A stretch of 64,000 bases of DNA from NCBI RefSeq assembly GCF_963921235.1, contig NC_086097.1:203610001-203674000 (forward strand). Reading direction: 5' to 3'. Every line of letters starts with the position of its first letter. The first letter of the stretch is position 1. The position numbers were made by a program, and so were the translations under genes. Origin of the DNA: Mobula hypostoma (taxonomy: Eukaryota). The notes beneath the pieces are model-generated. The model was not told where the DNA came from. It worked only from the letters and a program-made list of their open reading frames with translations, and ran no database searches. Shown piece by piece: positions 49,540 to 62,406 of this stretch.

Positions 49540-52500
49540 GATTGCTGCCAGTGCTACGTGATAGTGATGGTAAGAATTGGAGGAGATGGCAGTTGAATGC
49601 GTGTCTGAGGAGTTGGTGCAGGGAGCAGGGTTTTAGAATTTTGAATCATTGGGATCTCTTCTGGGGAAGGTGGGACCTGTACAGATTGGATGGGTTGCAC
49701 CTGAACTCGAGGGGGAGCAATATCCTTGCTGGTAGGTTTGCTAGCATGGTTCGGGAGGGTTTAAACTAACTTGCAAGGGGGATGGGACCCGGAGCGATAG
49801 AGCAGTGAAAGAAGTGCATGGAGTAAAGCCAGATCTAACATACAGAGAGGGTTTGAGGAAAGAGAAGCAGAATAAATGGTGTAAAGGCAGTAAGGTAGAA
49901 GGGCTGAAGTGTGTGTACCTCAATGCAAGAAGCATCAGGAACAAAGGTGATGAACTGAGAGCTTGGATACATACATGGAATTATGATGTAGTGGCCATTG
50001 CAGAGACTTGGCTGGCACCAGGGCAGGAATGGATTCTCAATATTCCTGGATTTCAGTGCTTTAAAAGGGATAGAGTGGGGGGGAAGGGGAGGAGGGGTGG
50101 CATTACTGGTCAGGGATACTATTACAGCTACAGAAAGGGTGTGTAATGTAGCAGGATCCTCTTTTGAGTCAGTATGGGTGGAAGTCAGGAACAGGAAGGG
50201 AGCAGTTACTCTATTGGGGGTATTCTATAGGCCCCCTGGTAGCAGCAGAGATACAGAGGAGCAGATTGGGAGGCAGATTTTGGAAGTTGCATAAATAACA
50301 GGGTTGTTATCATGGGTGTCTTTAATTTCCCTAATATTGATTGGCACTTGATTAGTTCCAAGGGTTTAGATGGGGCAGAGTTTGTTAAGTGTGTCTAGGA
50401 TGGATTCCTATCACAGTATGTGGACAGGCCGACTAGGGGGAAAGCCATACTAGATCTAGTACTAGGTAATGAACCGGGTCAGGTCACAGATCTCTCAGTG
50501 GGTGAGCATTTGGGGGACTGTGACCACCGCTCCCTGGCCTTTAGCATTATCATGGAAAAGGATAGAATCAGAGAGGACAGGAACATTTTCAATTGGGGCA
50601 GGGTAAATTATGAGGCTATAAGGCTAGAACTTGTGGGTGTGAATTGGGATGATGTTTTTGCAGGGAAATGTACTATGGACATGTGGTTGATGTTTAGAGA
50701 TCTCTTGCAGGATGTTAGGGATAAATTTGTCCCAGTGAGGAAGATAAAGAATGGTAGGGTGAATGAAACATGAGCGACAAGTGAGGTGGAAAATCTAGTC
50801 AGGTGGAAGAAGGCAGCATACATGAGGTTTAGGAAACAAGGATCAGATGGGTCTATTGAGGAATATAAGGTAGCAAGAAAGGAGCTTAAGAAGGAGCTGA
50901 GAAGAGCAAGAAGGGGGCATGAGAAGGCCTTGGCGAGTAGGGTAAAGGAAAACCCCAAGGCATTCTTCAATTATGTGAAGAACAAAAGGATGACAGGAGT
51001 GAAGGTAGGACCGATTAGAGATAAAGGTGGGAAGATGTGCCTGGAGGCTGTGGAAGTGAGCGAGGTCCTCAATGAATACTTCTCTTCGGTATGCACCAAT
51101 GAGAGGGAACTTGATGATGGTGAGGACAATATGAGTGAGGTTGATGTTCTGGAGCATGTTGATATTAAGGGACAGGAGGTGTTGGAGTTGTTAAAATACA
51201 TTAGGACGGAGAAGTCCCTGGAGCCTGACGGAATATTCCCCAGGCTGCTCCATGAGGTGAGGGAAGAGATTGCTGAGCCTCTGGCTAGGATCTTTATGTC
51301 CTCGTTGTCCACGGGAATGGCACTGCAGGATTGGAGGGAGGAGAATGTTGTCCCCTTGTTCAAAAAAGGTAGTAGGGATAGTCCAGGTAATGATAGACCA
51401 GTGAGCCTTACATCTGTGATGGGAAAGCTGTTGGAAAAGATTCTTAGAGATAGGATCTATGGGCATTTAGAAGATCATGGTCTGATCAGGGAAAGTCAGC
51501 ATGGCTTTGTGAAGGGCAGATCATGTCTAACAAGCCTGATAGAGTTCTTTGAGGATGTGACCAGGCATATAGATGAGGGTGGTGCAGTGGATGTGATCTA
51601 TATGGATTTTAGTAAGGCATTTGACAAGGTTCCACACGATAGGCTTATTCAGAAAGTCAGAAGGCATGGGATCCAGGGAAGTTTGGCCAGGTGGATTCAG
51701 AATTGGCTTGCCTGCAGAAGACAGAGGGTCATGGTGGAGTGAGTACATTCAGATTGGAGGATTGTGACTAGTGGTGTCCCACAAGGATCTGTTCTGAGAC
51801 CTCTACTTTTCGTGATTTTTATTAACGACCTGAATGTGGGGGTTGAGGGGTGGGTTGGCAAGTTTGCAGATGACACAAAGGTTGGTGGTGTTGTAGATAC
51901 TGTAGAGGATTGTCAAAGATTGCAGAGAGACATTGATAGGACGCAGAAGTGGGCTGAGAAGTGGCAGATGGAGTTCAACCCTGAGAAGTGTGAGATGGTA
52001 CACTTTGGAAGGACAATCTCCAAGGCAGAGTACAAAGTAAATGGCAGGATAGTTGGCAGTGTGAAGGAGCAGAAGGATCTGGGGGTACATGTCCACAGAT
52101 CCCTGAAAGTTGCCTCACAGGTAGATAGGGTAGTTAAGAAAGCTTATCGGGTGTTAGCTTTCATAAATCGAGGGATAGAGTTTAAGAGTCGCGATGTAAT
52201 GATGCAGCTGTATAAAACTCTGGTTAGGCCACACTTGGAGTACTGTGTCCGGTTCTGGTTGCCTCACTAAAGGAAGGATGTGGAAGGATTGGAAAGGGTA
52301 CAGAGGAGATTTACCAGGATACTGCCTGGTTTAGAGAGTATGCATTATGGTCAGAGATTAAAGGAGCTAGGGCTTTACTCTTTGGAGAGAAGGAGAATGG
52401 GAGGAGACATGATAGAGGTGTACAAGATAATATGAGGAATAGATAGAGTGGATAGCCAGCACCTCTTCCCCAGGGCACCACTGCTCAGTACAAGAGGACA

Positions 52501-52788
52501 TGGCTTTAAGGTAAGTGGTGGGAAGTTCAAGGGGGATATTAGAGGAAGGTTTTTTACTCAAAGAGTGGTTGGTGCGTGGAATGCACTGCCTGAGTCAGTG
52601 GTGGAGGCAGATACACTCGTGAAGTTTAAGAGACTACTAGACAGGTATATGGAGGAATTTAAGGTGGGGGTTATATGGGAGGCAGGGTTTGAGGGTCGGC
52701 ACAGCATTGTGGGCCACAGTTTGAGGATAAAGGGGAAGCCTTTTAGGGCCTGTAATGTGCTGTACTATTCTATGTTCTATGTTCTATG
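49540..52788 (+). mobile_element. CR1 LINE with ORF1 esterase end and near-complete but disrupted ORF2
   Basis: DGLHLN; YLNARSI, YRPP, ILDLVL, CDH; QHGF, DFSKAFD, VPQGSVL, FADD; (TTCTATG)n tail at 52768-52788. Confidence 0.95.
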
Positions 52789-53862
52789 GATGGAGTATTG
52801 GCTAATTGGCAGGAGGCAAAGAGTTCTAATAAAGGGAGCCTTTTCTGGTTGGCTGCTCATCACTAGTGGTGTTCCACAGAGTACTGTGTTGGGACTGCTT
52901 CTTTTATGTTATATGTCATGGACTTGGATGACAGGATTGATTACTTTCTGGCTACGTTTGCAGATGATACAAAGATAGGTGGAGGGGCAGGTAGTTTTGA
53001 GGAAATAGAGTTTACAGAAGGACTTAGACAGATTAGGAAAATGAGCAAAGAAGTGGCGGATGGAATATAGTGTCAGGAAATCTATGGTCGTACACTTCGG
53101 TAGAAGAAATAAAAGGGTAGACTATTTTCTAAATGGAGAGAACATTCAAAAATCTGAAGTGAAAAGGAACTTGGGAGTCCTCGTGCAGCATTCCCTAAAG
53201 GCTAATTTGCAGGTTGAGTAGATGGTGAGGAAGGCAAATGCAATGTTAGCATTCATTTTGAGAGATCGCAATGATGAAAGCAAGAGTGCAATGTTGAGGC
53301 TTCATAAGGCACTGATGAGGCCTCACTTGTAGTATGGTGAGCAGTTTTGGGCCCCTTATCTAACAAAGGATGTGCTGACATTGCAGTGTTCAAAGGAGGT
53401 TCATGAAAATGGTTCTGGGATTGTCATATGAGGAGTGTTTGATGGCTCTGGGCCTCTACTCACTGGAGTTCAGAAGAAAGAGCAGTGATCTCATTGAAAT
53501 TATTGGATGTTGAAAAGACTTGATAAAGTGAATGTGGAGAGGATGTTTCCTTTGGTGTCTAACAAGAGAACACAGCCTCAGAATAGAGGCGACCTTTAGA
53601 ATGGAGATGAGGAGGAATTTCTTCATCCAGAGACGGATGAGTCTGTGGAATTCTCTGCCACAGGCAGCTGTGGAGGCCAAATCACTGGGTATATTCAAGG
53701 CAGAGGTTGATAGATTCTTGATTAATCAGGACATGAAGGGGTAAGGAGAGAAGGCAGGAAATAGGAGCTGAAAGGGTAAATGCATCAGCCATGATGAAAT
53801 GTCAGAGCAGACTCGATGGGCAAAATAGCCTAATCCTGCTCCTATATCTTATGGTCTTATGG
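52789..53862 (+). mobile_element. Second, older CR1 3' part directly downstream
   Basis: WLIGRRQRV..SGVPQ, FADD and FRMEMRRNFF; (TCTTATGG) tail. Confidence 0.85.
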
Positions 53863-54155
53863 AGGGGTTCTTTGCTGATAGATATAGCTTTCCTGAGGCA
53901 GCACCTCATGTAGATTTTACAGATGTGTGGGGAAGAATGTGCCCACAACATATTGTGATGAATCCTCTACTCTCTGCAACTTCTTATACTCAAACTGCCA
54001 TACCAGACCATGATAGAGCCAGTCAGGATCCCTTCAACAGTACATCTGTAGAAGTTTGCTGGAGTGTTCAGTGACATGTGAAACACCTCAGCCATCTAAG
54101 AAATTAAAGATGCTCGTGTGCTTTCAATGTGATTGCATCTGTGTGCTGGAGCCAG
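53863..54155 (-). mobile_element. Old Rex1-type fragment
   Basis: The reverse complement encodes FYRCTVE.ILTG..MVWYG. Confidence 0.55.
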
Positions 54156-54159
54156 GTCA

Positions 54160-55083
54160 CCTTGGTGGTGACAAATTGGCATACAGGAGGGAGATTGAAA
54201 TTCTGGTTGAATGGACCTCTCAGTCAATGTCAGCTCAATCGAAGTGCTGAATATCACCTCAGGAGGAAGAAGGTGGAGCTCTGCGAGCCAGTCCTCAATA
54301 GGGATCAGAGGTCCAGAGGATCAGTAACTTTAATTCCATGACGTTATCATATCAGAAGATCTGTCCTGGGACCAGCACATAAGTGACATTACAAAGAAGG
54401 CACAAGAGTGCCTCTACTTTCTTAGAAGTTTGCGCAGATTTGGAATGTCATCTAAAACTTTGACAAACTTCTATAGATGCACAGTGGAAAGTATCCTGAG
54501 TGGTTGCATCTCGGCCGGGTATGGAAACACCAACGCCTTTGAATGGGAAGGGCTACAGAAAGTGATGGACACAGTCAGTCTATCATAGGAAAAGCCCTCC
54601 CCACCACTGAGCACATTTAGAGTACTGCCACAAGAAAACAGCATCCATCATGAAGGAGCCCACCATCCAGATCATGCTCCCTTCTTGCTATTGCCATTGG
54701 GCAGGAGGTATAGGAGACTAGGGTCTCACAGCACAAGAATCACAAACAGTTATTACCCTTCAACCATCAGGCTCCTGAAAAAGCACAGATAACTTCACTT
54801 ACCTTAACGTTGAACTGATTCCATAATCTACAGATTGACTTCAGAGGACTGGACAAATTTATGTTCTCAGTCTTATTTATTTATTTGTTTGTTTGTTATT
54901 TTAATTTGCACAATTTGCCTTCCTTTACACATTGGCTGTCTGTCAGTCTTTGTTTATGTATAGTTTGCCATAAATTCGATTGTATTTCTTTATTTTCCTG
55001 TAAATGCCTGCAAGAAAATAAATCTCAAGGGTGATGTTTACTGTAGATACTTTGGTAATAAATTTACTTTGAACTTTGAACTT
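54160..55083 (+). mobile_element. Rex1-type LINE 3' fragment
   Basis: Homologous to 4765-5400 (EDLSW, LYFLR, FYRCTVESIL); TTTGAAC tail. Confidence 0.8.
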
Positions 55084-55469
55084 AAGCATTTCGTCATGGA
55101 TAATATGGATGTGGCCCTTCACCAAGTTCCCTGTGCCTGGTGTCAGACTGCAGCCCACTGGTGCATTGGGTTACTTGACTTTCTGACTTGTGTTACTCAC
55201 TTCATGTGACACCAATCTCTGAGGTAGTGCTGATACATCATCTTTATTATCCTCCCCATTTGTTCCCTCTAACCTTCACTGCTCTGAATGATGGAGACCT
55301 GAGAAAAGAGAAAGAAGAGGCTTCACCTCATGTTCAACGAGGACAAAACAGAAACTAGTTGAACAGCACTGATTGTGATGAATGTGTTTACTGTTGATCG
55401 TATCAAAGAGGATGTAATAACCTCAGCCAGAAGTTATATTTTTGCTGTTTGGCCAACAAGAGGAAACGT

Positions 55470-56110
55470 AAACATGAAAAAGTCTGCAGATACTGGAAAT
55501 TCAAAGCACACACACAAAACGCCAGAGTAATTCAGCAGGTCAGACAGCACCTATGGAAATGAATAAACAGTCAGCGTTTCGGGCGAGACCCTTCTGCAGG
55601 ACTGGAAAGGAAGGGGGTGATACCAGAGTAAAAAGGCGAGGAGAGGGAGCGAGTAGCTAGAAAGTGATAGTAAAGCCGTATGGGTAGGAAAGGTATAAGA
55701 TTGGAGAGGAAAGAATCTGATTCGAGAGCAGCATGGACAATTGGTGAAAGTGAAGGAGAAAGAGACCCAGGAGGAGGTGATAGGCAGCTGGGAAGAGGTA
55801 AGAGGCCAGAGTGGGGAATGGAAGAGGAAGGGAGGGGGAGGAATTTGTTTTACTTACCAGAAGGAGAAATCAATATTCATGCTATCAGGTTGGAGGCTCC
55901 ACAGATGGAATATAAGGTGGTTGGGTTGAGTTGTTCTCCAATTTTGGCAATTTACTTGCAACTGTTTTGTCAGCACGAGAGGAGACACTGCCAGTGTGCT
56001 GCTGATGACGACGGAAGATGCAGGGGATGATGTGTTGGATGAAGAGGTTCATGGGGTGGCAGGTGAGGAGGAGAGGACTCAATCACTGATAAGGCGATGG
56101 GAAGATGGGT
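55470..56110 (-). mobile_element. Penelope terminal fragment with a decayed hammerhead (CUGCAGA)
   Basis: Homologous to 22944-23420. Confidence 0.8.
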
Positions 56111-56224
56111 CAGCGCCAATAAACTTCCTTAGGAGCTCATGTTATTGGAGGAAGTATCTCAGCATGGACTGAAGATTTGTTATCACTTAAAAGAGAGAAA
56201 GTCAAAATAAATAGGTCTTTAAAA

Positions 56225-56365
56225 ACACAAATACGAGGAAATCTGCAGATGCTGGAATTTCAAACAACACACATAAAAGTTGCTGGAGAACGCAGCAGGC
56301 CAGGCGGCATCTCTAGGAAGAGGTACAGTCGACGTTTCGGACCAAGACCCTTCGTCAGGACTAAC
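56225..56365 (-). mobile_element. Short Penelope terminus inserted in an old CR1 (~56180-56960)
   Basis: Near-identical to 22944-23075 and ends just past the ribozyme. Confidence 0.85.
56326..56363 (-). ncRNA. Minimal type-I hammerhead ribozyme
   Basis: UAGUC-CUGACGA-A-GGGUCUUGGUCC-GAAA-CG-UC-GACUG. Confidence 0.72.
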
Positions 56366-59300
56366 AGGCTGGAAGATTGTAACTAATGGAATGTCCCAAG
56401 GATCAGTTGTTGGTCCTTAATCATTCATGCTTTGTATTAATGACATGGTTAGTGTAATATAACCAGATTTGGTGATCACATTAAAATAAATGGGAGGGTA
56501 AAGACAATATTTGGATTCTGCAGCAGAATATAAATAGGTCGAGTGAGTGGGTGAAAACTTGGCAAATGTTATTTAATGTGAAAAAGCTTCAGTTCATGGA
56601 CTTCAGCAGGAGCAATTAAATGTTGAATGTTTGCAGTTTTAGTCCCCTTATCTAAGGAAATATAAACTAGCATTGAAAGTTAGCTAACGAAAATTTTATC
56701 TAATTCTTGGCTGAAGTAGGTAGTCCTATCACGAGGGACTAAAGAAATTTTTGAATAGTTTGGAGTTTAGAAAGAAGAATGTTGAAATATATGTCTAAGG
56801 GGAACATGATAGAATAGATGTTGTGATATTTGACTCATGGCAAAATCTCAGACAAGGGGATGTATGTACAAGATAAGAAAGTAATCATTAATCCTGAGGT
56901 TCATAGGAATTTCTTCCCCCAGAGGGTAGTAAGTCTCTTGGAATTCTCTATCCCATAATATCTCTATGTATGAGTATACACAACTTGACTTCAAACTGAT
57001 TTTCCAATTTTCATGTTATAATGTTGTGACCTAGATATATTTGAGAAAATAGTTAAATCAAGAAATACATTTGTGATGGATTTGGCACATTTTTGCACCC
57101 GATTTTTCTTTTGAGGAAAGATAAGAATTTGTTCTTACTTTTAGCTGGGCAGCTATTGTCATTTTGTCGTGTACCAAAGGATGACATATTGATAGATCAT
57201 TTTCACAATGATTGTGAAGTGCCAGTAATTTTTTTTTTCCCTTTTAGTTAAGTTTGGCTGAATGGGGAATACAAAAGTGAACAGTGTTAATTGACATATT
57301 GACCTCCAATCAATTACCAAATGATCACAGCAGTGAAACAAAATAGGGGGCATATACTGAATGTTTATATGTTTAAGGGAACGATTATCTGAGCAAGCAA
57401 ATGCACTGTTAATAAAAGCAATAATTACTGTAGCTCATTTTAGTCAGATTAGATTAATTGATAGAGCACACTGCTGGCTAATTCATCATTAATGTGACGA
57501 AGTTTAGCTTATTTTTCTCTTTAGTGTTGACAGGGTCACTGTATTGCAGTTTGGTGTATGATTTCCTTTTATTTATATGTAACATTTCATTTAAATAACT
57601 TGGTCACAGAAACATCTAATCCACTGACCTTTTCAACATGGATTCAGTCCAATTAAATGTTATTTCAGATAAATCTGCACTGTAAGACAAAGAACTCAAA
57701 TGCTTAATGATTTGCAAAGACTTTTCTATTCTCTTCTAGTCTGACTGTTTATACAATCAGGACATTCCATGTAACTTCAGACCCAGCCCTGTCAAATGCT
57801 TTTCAAGTGGAGTTCATGAATTTCACTGTTTTTGTAACACCTGCAAACATGTTATTCTTGTGGACACAACAACCTGGCAGGAGGACATAGTGAGGGTGGA
57901 GATTGGGGGCTGGAGAACTAGTGATGGGATGGCAAAACTATGCTTAATTGATGAAACTATTGTTGGTCATTCAAGATAAAATGAAATGAAACATTTCCCT
58001 TCCCATTCCTCAAAGAAATCATGGCTATAGATTAAAATGATTAAAGCACCTTTATAGAACTCAACCTTGACCCTAATCCCACCCACTAAAGGTTCCAAAA
58101 CATGTCCTTCCCCGACAAAAAGATTGCGACATTTAACAATTTTCCTCCAATAACATTTTCTAATGTAAAAAATGTAATTTAGTTTAAATATTCTAAGAGA
58201 CACCCTGAAATTCCTACAAAAAGACATCCTTTGTAAGAGAGCTTAAAATCTAGACTATATTGTGAAAATATTAGAAACGCACAACAGATCCCTGAGTAAT
58301 AGAGAAAAGACAGGAAAAAGTTTTGGCTCAAAATTCTGTTGAAGGATCCAAGCCCTGAAAGTTATCCACCTGCTTGTGATGCACCTGCTGAGTATTGACA
58401 ACATTTACCATTATTACTGCCGGGAATGACCTTGCTTAAGTTTTAGCTACACACCTAAGATCTCTGGCTGATATACTTCCTGAGAAATAGTCATAATTTT
58501 CAATATTTTAGGGGCTGCAAATATAAAATATTCTGGGGTTTGAAGAAAATCATAACAAAGGGTTTAAATGTTGCTCTTTTAAGGTACAAAGTGCTGGTTT
58601 GTGGGAATATGCTTGCCGATCAAAGGAGCATCTCCTGACCGCAGAACTTATCTTAGACTGTAAGCAGACATTATTGCCTGGCAGCTTTGAAAATGAACAT
58701 ATATTTTAATATATCTGTTTAAAGTATGATTTATCCTATACTTGTGAAATTAAATATTACATAATGCATTGAAATAGAAACTTCATGATTATTCTCTGCT
58801 TTAATTATATTCTTGCAGAATTAATGTTAAACAATGGCTTAGAAATTTGTTCAACACCCAAAAAAGCAGTGTTGCACTAGTGCAGGTTTAACTAATTTTG
58901 TGCATATGTGTGTGTGAGCCGGTGCCAGTTGTTAATAACATACAGATTTTCTGGCACGGGAATTTCCTGTAGCCTTCCATATTTTTTCTATCGCTTACTT
59001 TGCCAATTGATCCAACAACATTGTAACACAGAAAAATTACTTCTACTAATAACTTCAGTCACATGTTGATATCACTTGCAGACATAATTAGAATGTTTAA
59101 AAAGCTTTTTACAGGAACATGGAGAAGAAATGCATAAAGAGATGTGAGCTTAACGTAGACAATTGAGGATGAAGAATGAATACCCCTTGACCCCTTGAGT
59201 CACTTATGACTCAGGGCTACTGGGTATGTTGGGCTGCATCCTGTGAATTTCCCATGTGTATGACATTGATCTTGAGGATCTTTTGGTAGTAGTCTACGCA

Positions 59301-60664
59301 AACACCACTTTCAGGAAGTGATTACCTTTCCTGCTTATACCTCAGGATTCACTTGTGGCAAGTATACAGATTACATACCTGGTCACACAGTCTGTGTAAG
59401 TTCATGTGTCCAACTAACATGCTACGCCCTCTGTGAAGAGAAGGAGATGGAGTACTATGGCTATCAGTAAAGAACCTCTGTCATCCTGAACGTACAGCAA
59501 CGTGCTGCACCCTAAAACATGGCAGATAAGCATCTAGAAGCTAAAGGCTTCTAGAAAATATTCATCTCCACAGGTAGAGTTGTCAAGCATTGGGTGAACT
59601 CACCAGTGACTTTGAAAATCTTAGCACAGAACAGTTCCGCACAGGAGCAGGCACTGTGGCCCACCTTGTCTACTCCAACCAATCTAATAAATCTCATTTG
59701 TTTGAACATGATGTGCACCGCTCTCTTGCCTGTCCTTCACTGAGTCTGTCTAAATGCCTCTTAAAGTTCTGGCTACATTTTCCACAGTAGATAATGGAAA
59801 TGTACCTGGAATAACCTTGAGGACAGCCATCTGCCCACTCAAAATTCCCTCTCTTCAGTGGGGAGGATCTTGTTTTGTACTTCCACTTCTGGGCTTGCAA
59901 AAGGTCTGTGGCACTTTTACCAAAGCATTCAAGTTTGGAAAAGAATTTGAAGTCTTCATTTTAGTGAAAAGTAAAAGTAAAATCTTGGTAATTGTCACAG
60001 CTTCAATGTTTAATTCACAGACTGCAGCAAGTTCTTCACCAGATGACTCTCCAGCAAGTTTTAGGATAATTAATGGTTCCTATAAACAATTGAGTCTGCT
60101 GTTCAAAGTTGATTTCCTGTGCATGACTTGTACCAAGTTAGTCAATTATTTGACAGGATAGAAGAAACGTTTGCATTGCATAATGATTGATGTCACCTCT
60201 GTGACAAGGATAAACATAGGTTAACATAAGTTAACATGCATTATATATACACTGAGGTACAAAATGATGAACTGTTCCCAGATTCCAATTGGGGATCCAT
60301 TGTGCACTAATGGGGAAAACTTCAGAAAAAGCACGCACTTTACATCTGTATTTCTGGATTTTTGGGTCTGAGCTGGAGAGTAAATCTGAAATCCGCACAG
60401 ACCGCTAATCTGTGACTCCTCACAGCCCACATATAGCTTGTAGAATCCAGCTCCTGATTTAGCTGACATTCTTTCTCTGGCCTGCAATACAAAGCATACA
60501 CAGGCCTGTTCAGCAGTGCAGGCAGAATAAGGACATACCTTATACAATTTTCAAGCTGCAGGCTTTCAAACAAAATATTTGTGAGGCCTACCATGTTGCT
60601 AAACAGGCAATATTCAATTTCTAAGCATATGTTTAAGAAAACCGACTTGATTACAACTGACTTG

Positions 60665-62406
60665 AGGTAGTAATGGGGGACAAAGAAATGGTAGATGAAC
60701 TTATTGGGTACTTGGCATCAGTCTTTACTGTGGAAGACACTAGCTATATGCCAGATGTCTGTGAGTGTCAGGGAGCAGGAGTGAGTGCCATTGCTATTAC
60801 AAAGGAAAAAGTGCTAGGCAAACTCAAAGGTCTTAAGGTGGATAAGTCACCTGGAGCAGATGGACAACATCCCAGAGTCCTGAGAGAGGTTGCTGAAGAG
60901 ATAATGGATGCATTGGTCATGATCTTTCAAGAATCACTTGATACTGGCATGGTCCCAGAGGACTGGAAGACTGCAAATGTCACTCCACTCTTTAAGAAGG
61001 GAGGAAAGCAAAAGAAGGGAAATTATAGGCCAGTTAACTTAATCTCAGAGGTTAGGAAAGTTTTGGAGTCTATTATTAAGGCTGACGTTTCAGGGTACTT
61101 GGAGACTAAAGATAAAATAAATCAAAGTCAGCATGGTTTCTATAAAGGGAAATCTTGACTAACAGATCTGTTAGAGTTCTTCGACGGTGGACAAAGGAGA
61201 GGTAGGAGATGTCATTTATTTGGATTTTCAGAAGGCATTTGATAAGGTGCCACACATGAGGCTGCTTAACAAGATAAAATCCTGTGCATTACAGGAAAGA
61301 TACTGGCATGGATAGCGGAATTGCTGACAGGTAGGAGGCAGCAAGTGGGAATAAAAGAGTCCTTTTCTGGTTGGCTGCCAGTGACTGATGGTGTTCCTCA
61401 GCGGTCAGTATTGGGACCACTGCTTTTCATATTGTTTGTCAATGATTTGGACAATGAAATTGATGGCTTTGTGGCAAGGTTTGTGGATGATATGAAGATA
61501 GGTGGAAGGGTAGGTAGTGCTGAGGAAGCATTGCAATTGCAACAGGACTTAAACAAATTGGAAGAATGGGTAAAAAAGTGGCAGATGGAATACTGTGTTA
61601 GGAGATGTATGATAATGCATTTTGGTAAAAGGAACAATAATGTGGACTATTATGAAAACGGGGAGAAGGTTCAAGCATGTGAGGTGCAGAGGGACTTAGG
61701 AGTCCTTTTGCAAGACTCCCAGAAGGCTAATTTACATGTTGATTCTGTGGTAATGAAGCCAAATGCAATGTTGGCATTTATTTCAAGGGGAATAAAATAT
61801 AAAAGCAAGGAGATAATGCTAAGACTTTGTAAGATACCAGTCAGGCTGCATGGAGTATTGTCAACAGTTTTGGGCCCCATATCTCAGAAACGATGCGTTG
61901 TCATTGGAGAGAGTCCAGAGGAGGTTCACGAGGATGATTCTGGGAATGAAGGAGTTAACATATGAGGAGTGTTTGGCAGTTTGGGGGCTGTACTCACTTG
62001 AATTTAGAAGAATGTAGGGAGATCTCATGAAACTTACCAAAGGTTGAAAGGACTAGATAGAGTGGATGTGGAGAGGATGTTTCTTGTGGTAGTGGTATCC
62101 AAAACTAGAGGGCACAGCCTCAAAATTGAGGGGCGACCTTTTAGAATAGAGGTGAGGAGGAATTTTTTTAGCCAGAGAGTAGTGAATCTGTGGAATGTTC
62201 TGCCACGGACTGTGGTGGAGGCCAAGTCCTTGGGTATATTTAAGGTGGAAGTTGATCGTTTCCTGATCAGTCAAAGGACATGGCGAGTAGGCAGGCATAT
62301 GGGGTTGAGTGGGATCTGGGATCAGCCATGATAGAGTGGCCGAGTACACTCAATGAACTGAATGGCCTAATTCTGCTCCGATGTCTTCTGGCTTTATGGT
62401 CTTATA
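60665..62406 (+). mobile_element. CR1 ORF2 3' half, disrupted
   Basis: DKSPGAD, NYRPV, QHGF, VPQRSVLGP, FVDD; TTATGGTCTTAT tail. Confidence 0.92.

Noticed and set aside
50608..52096. Minus-strand ORFs over CR1
   Set aside because: Antisense shadows of ORF2.
58260..58410. Possible further hammerhead (CTGTTGAAGG...CCTGAAAGTT)
   Set aside because: The core is mutated and the element is too decayed to call; at most an old Penelope remnant.
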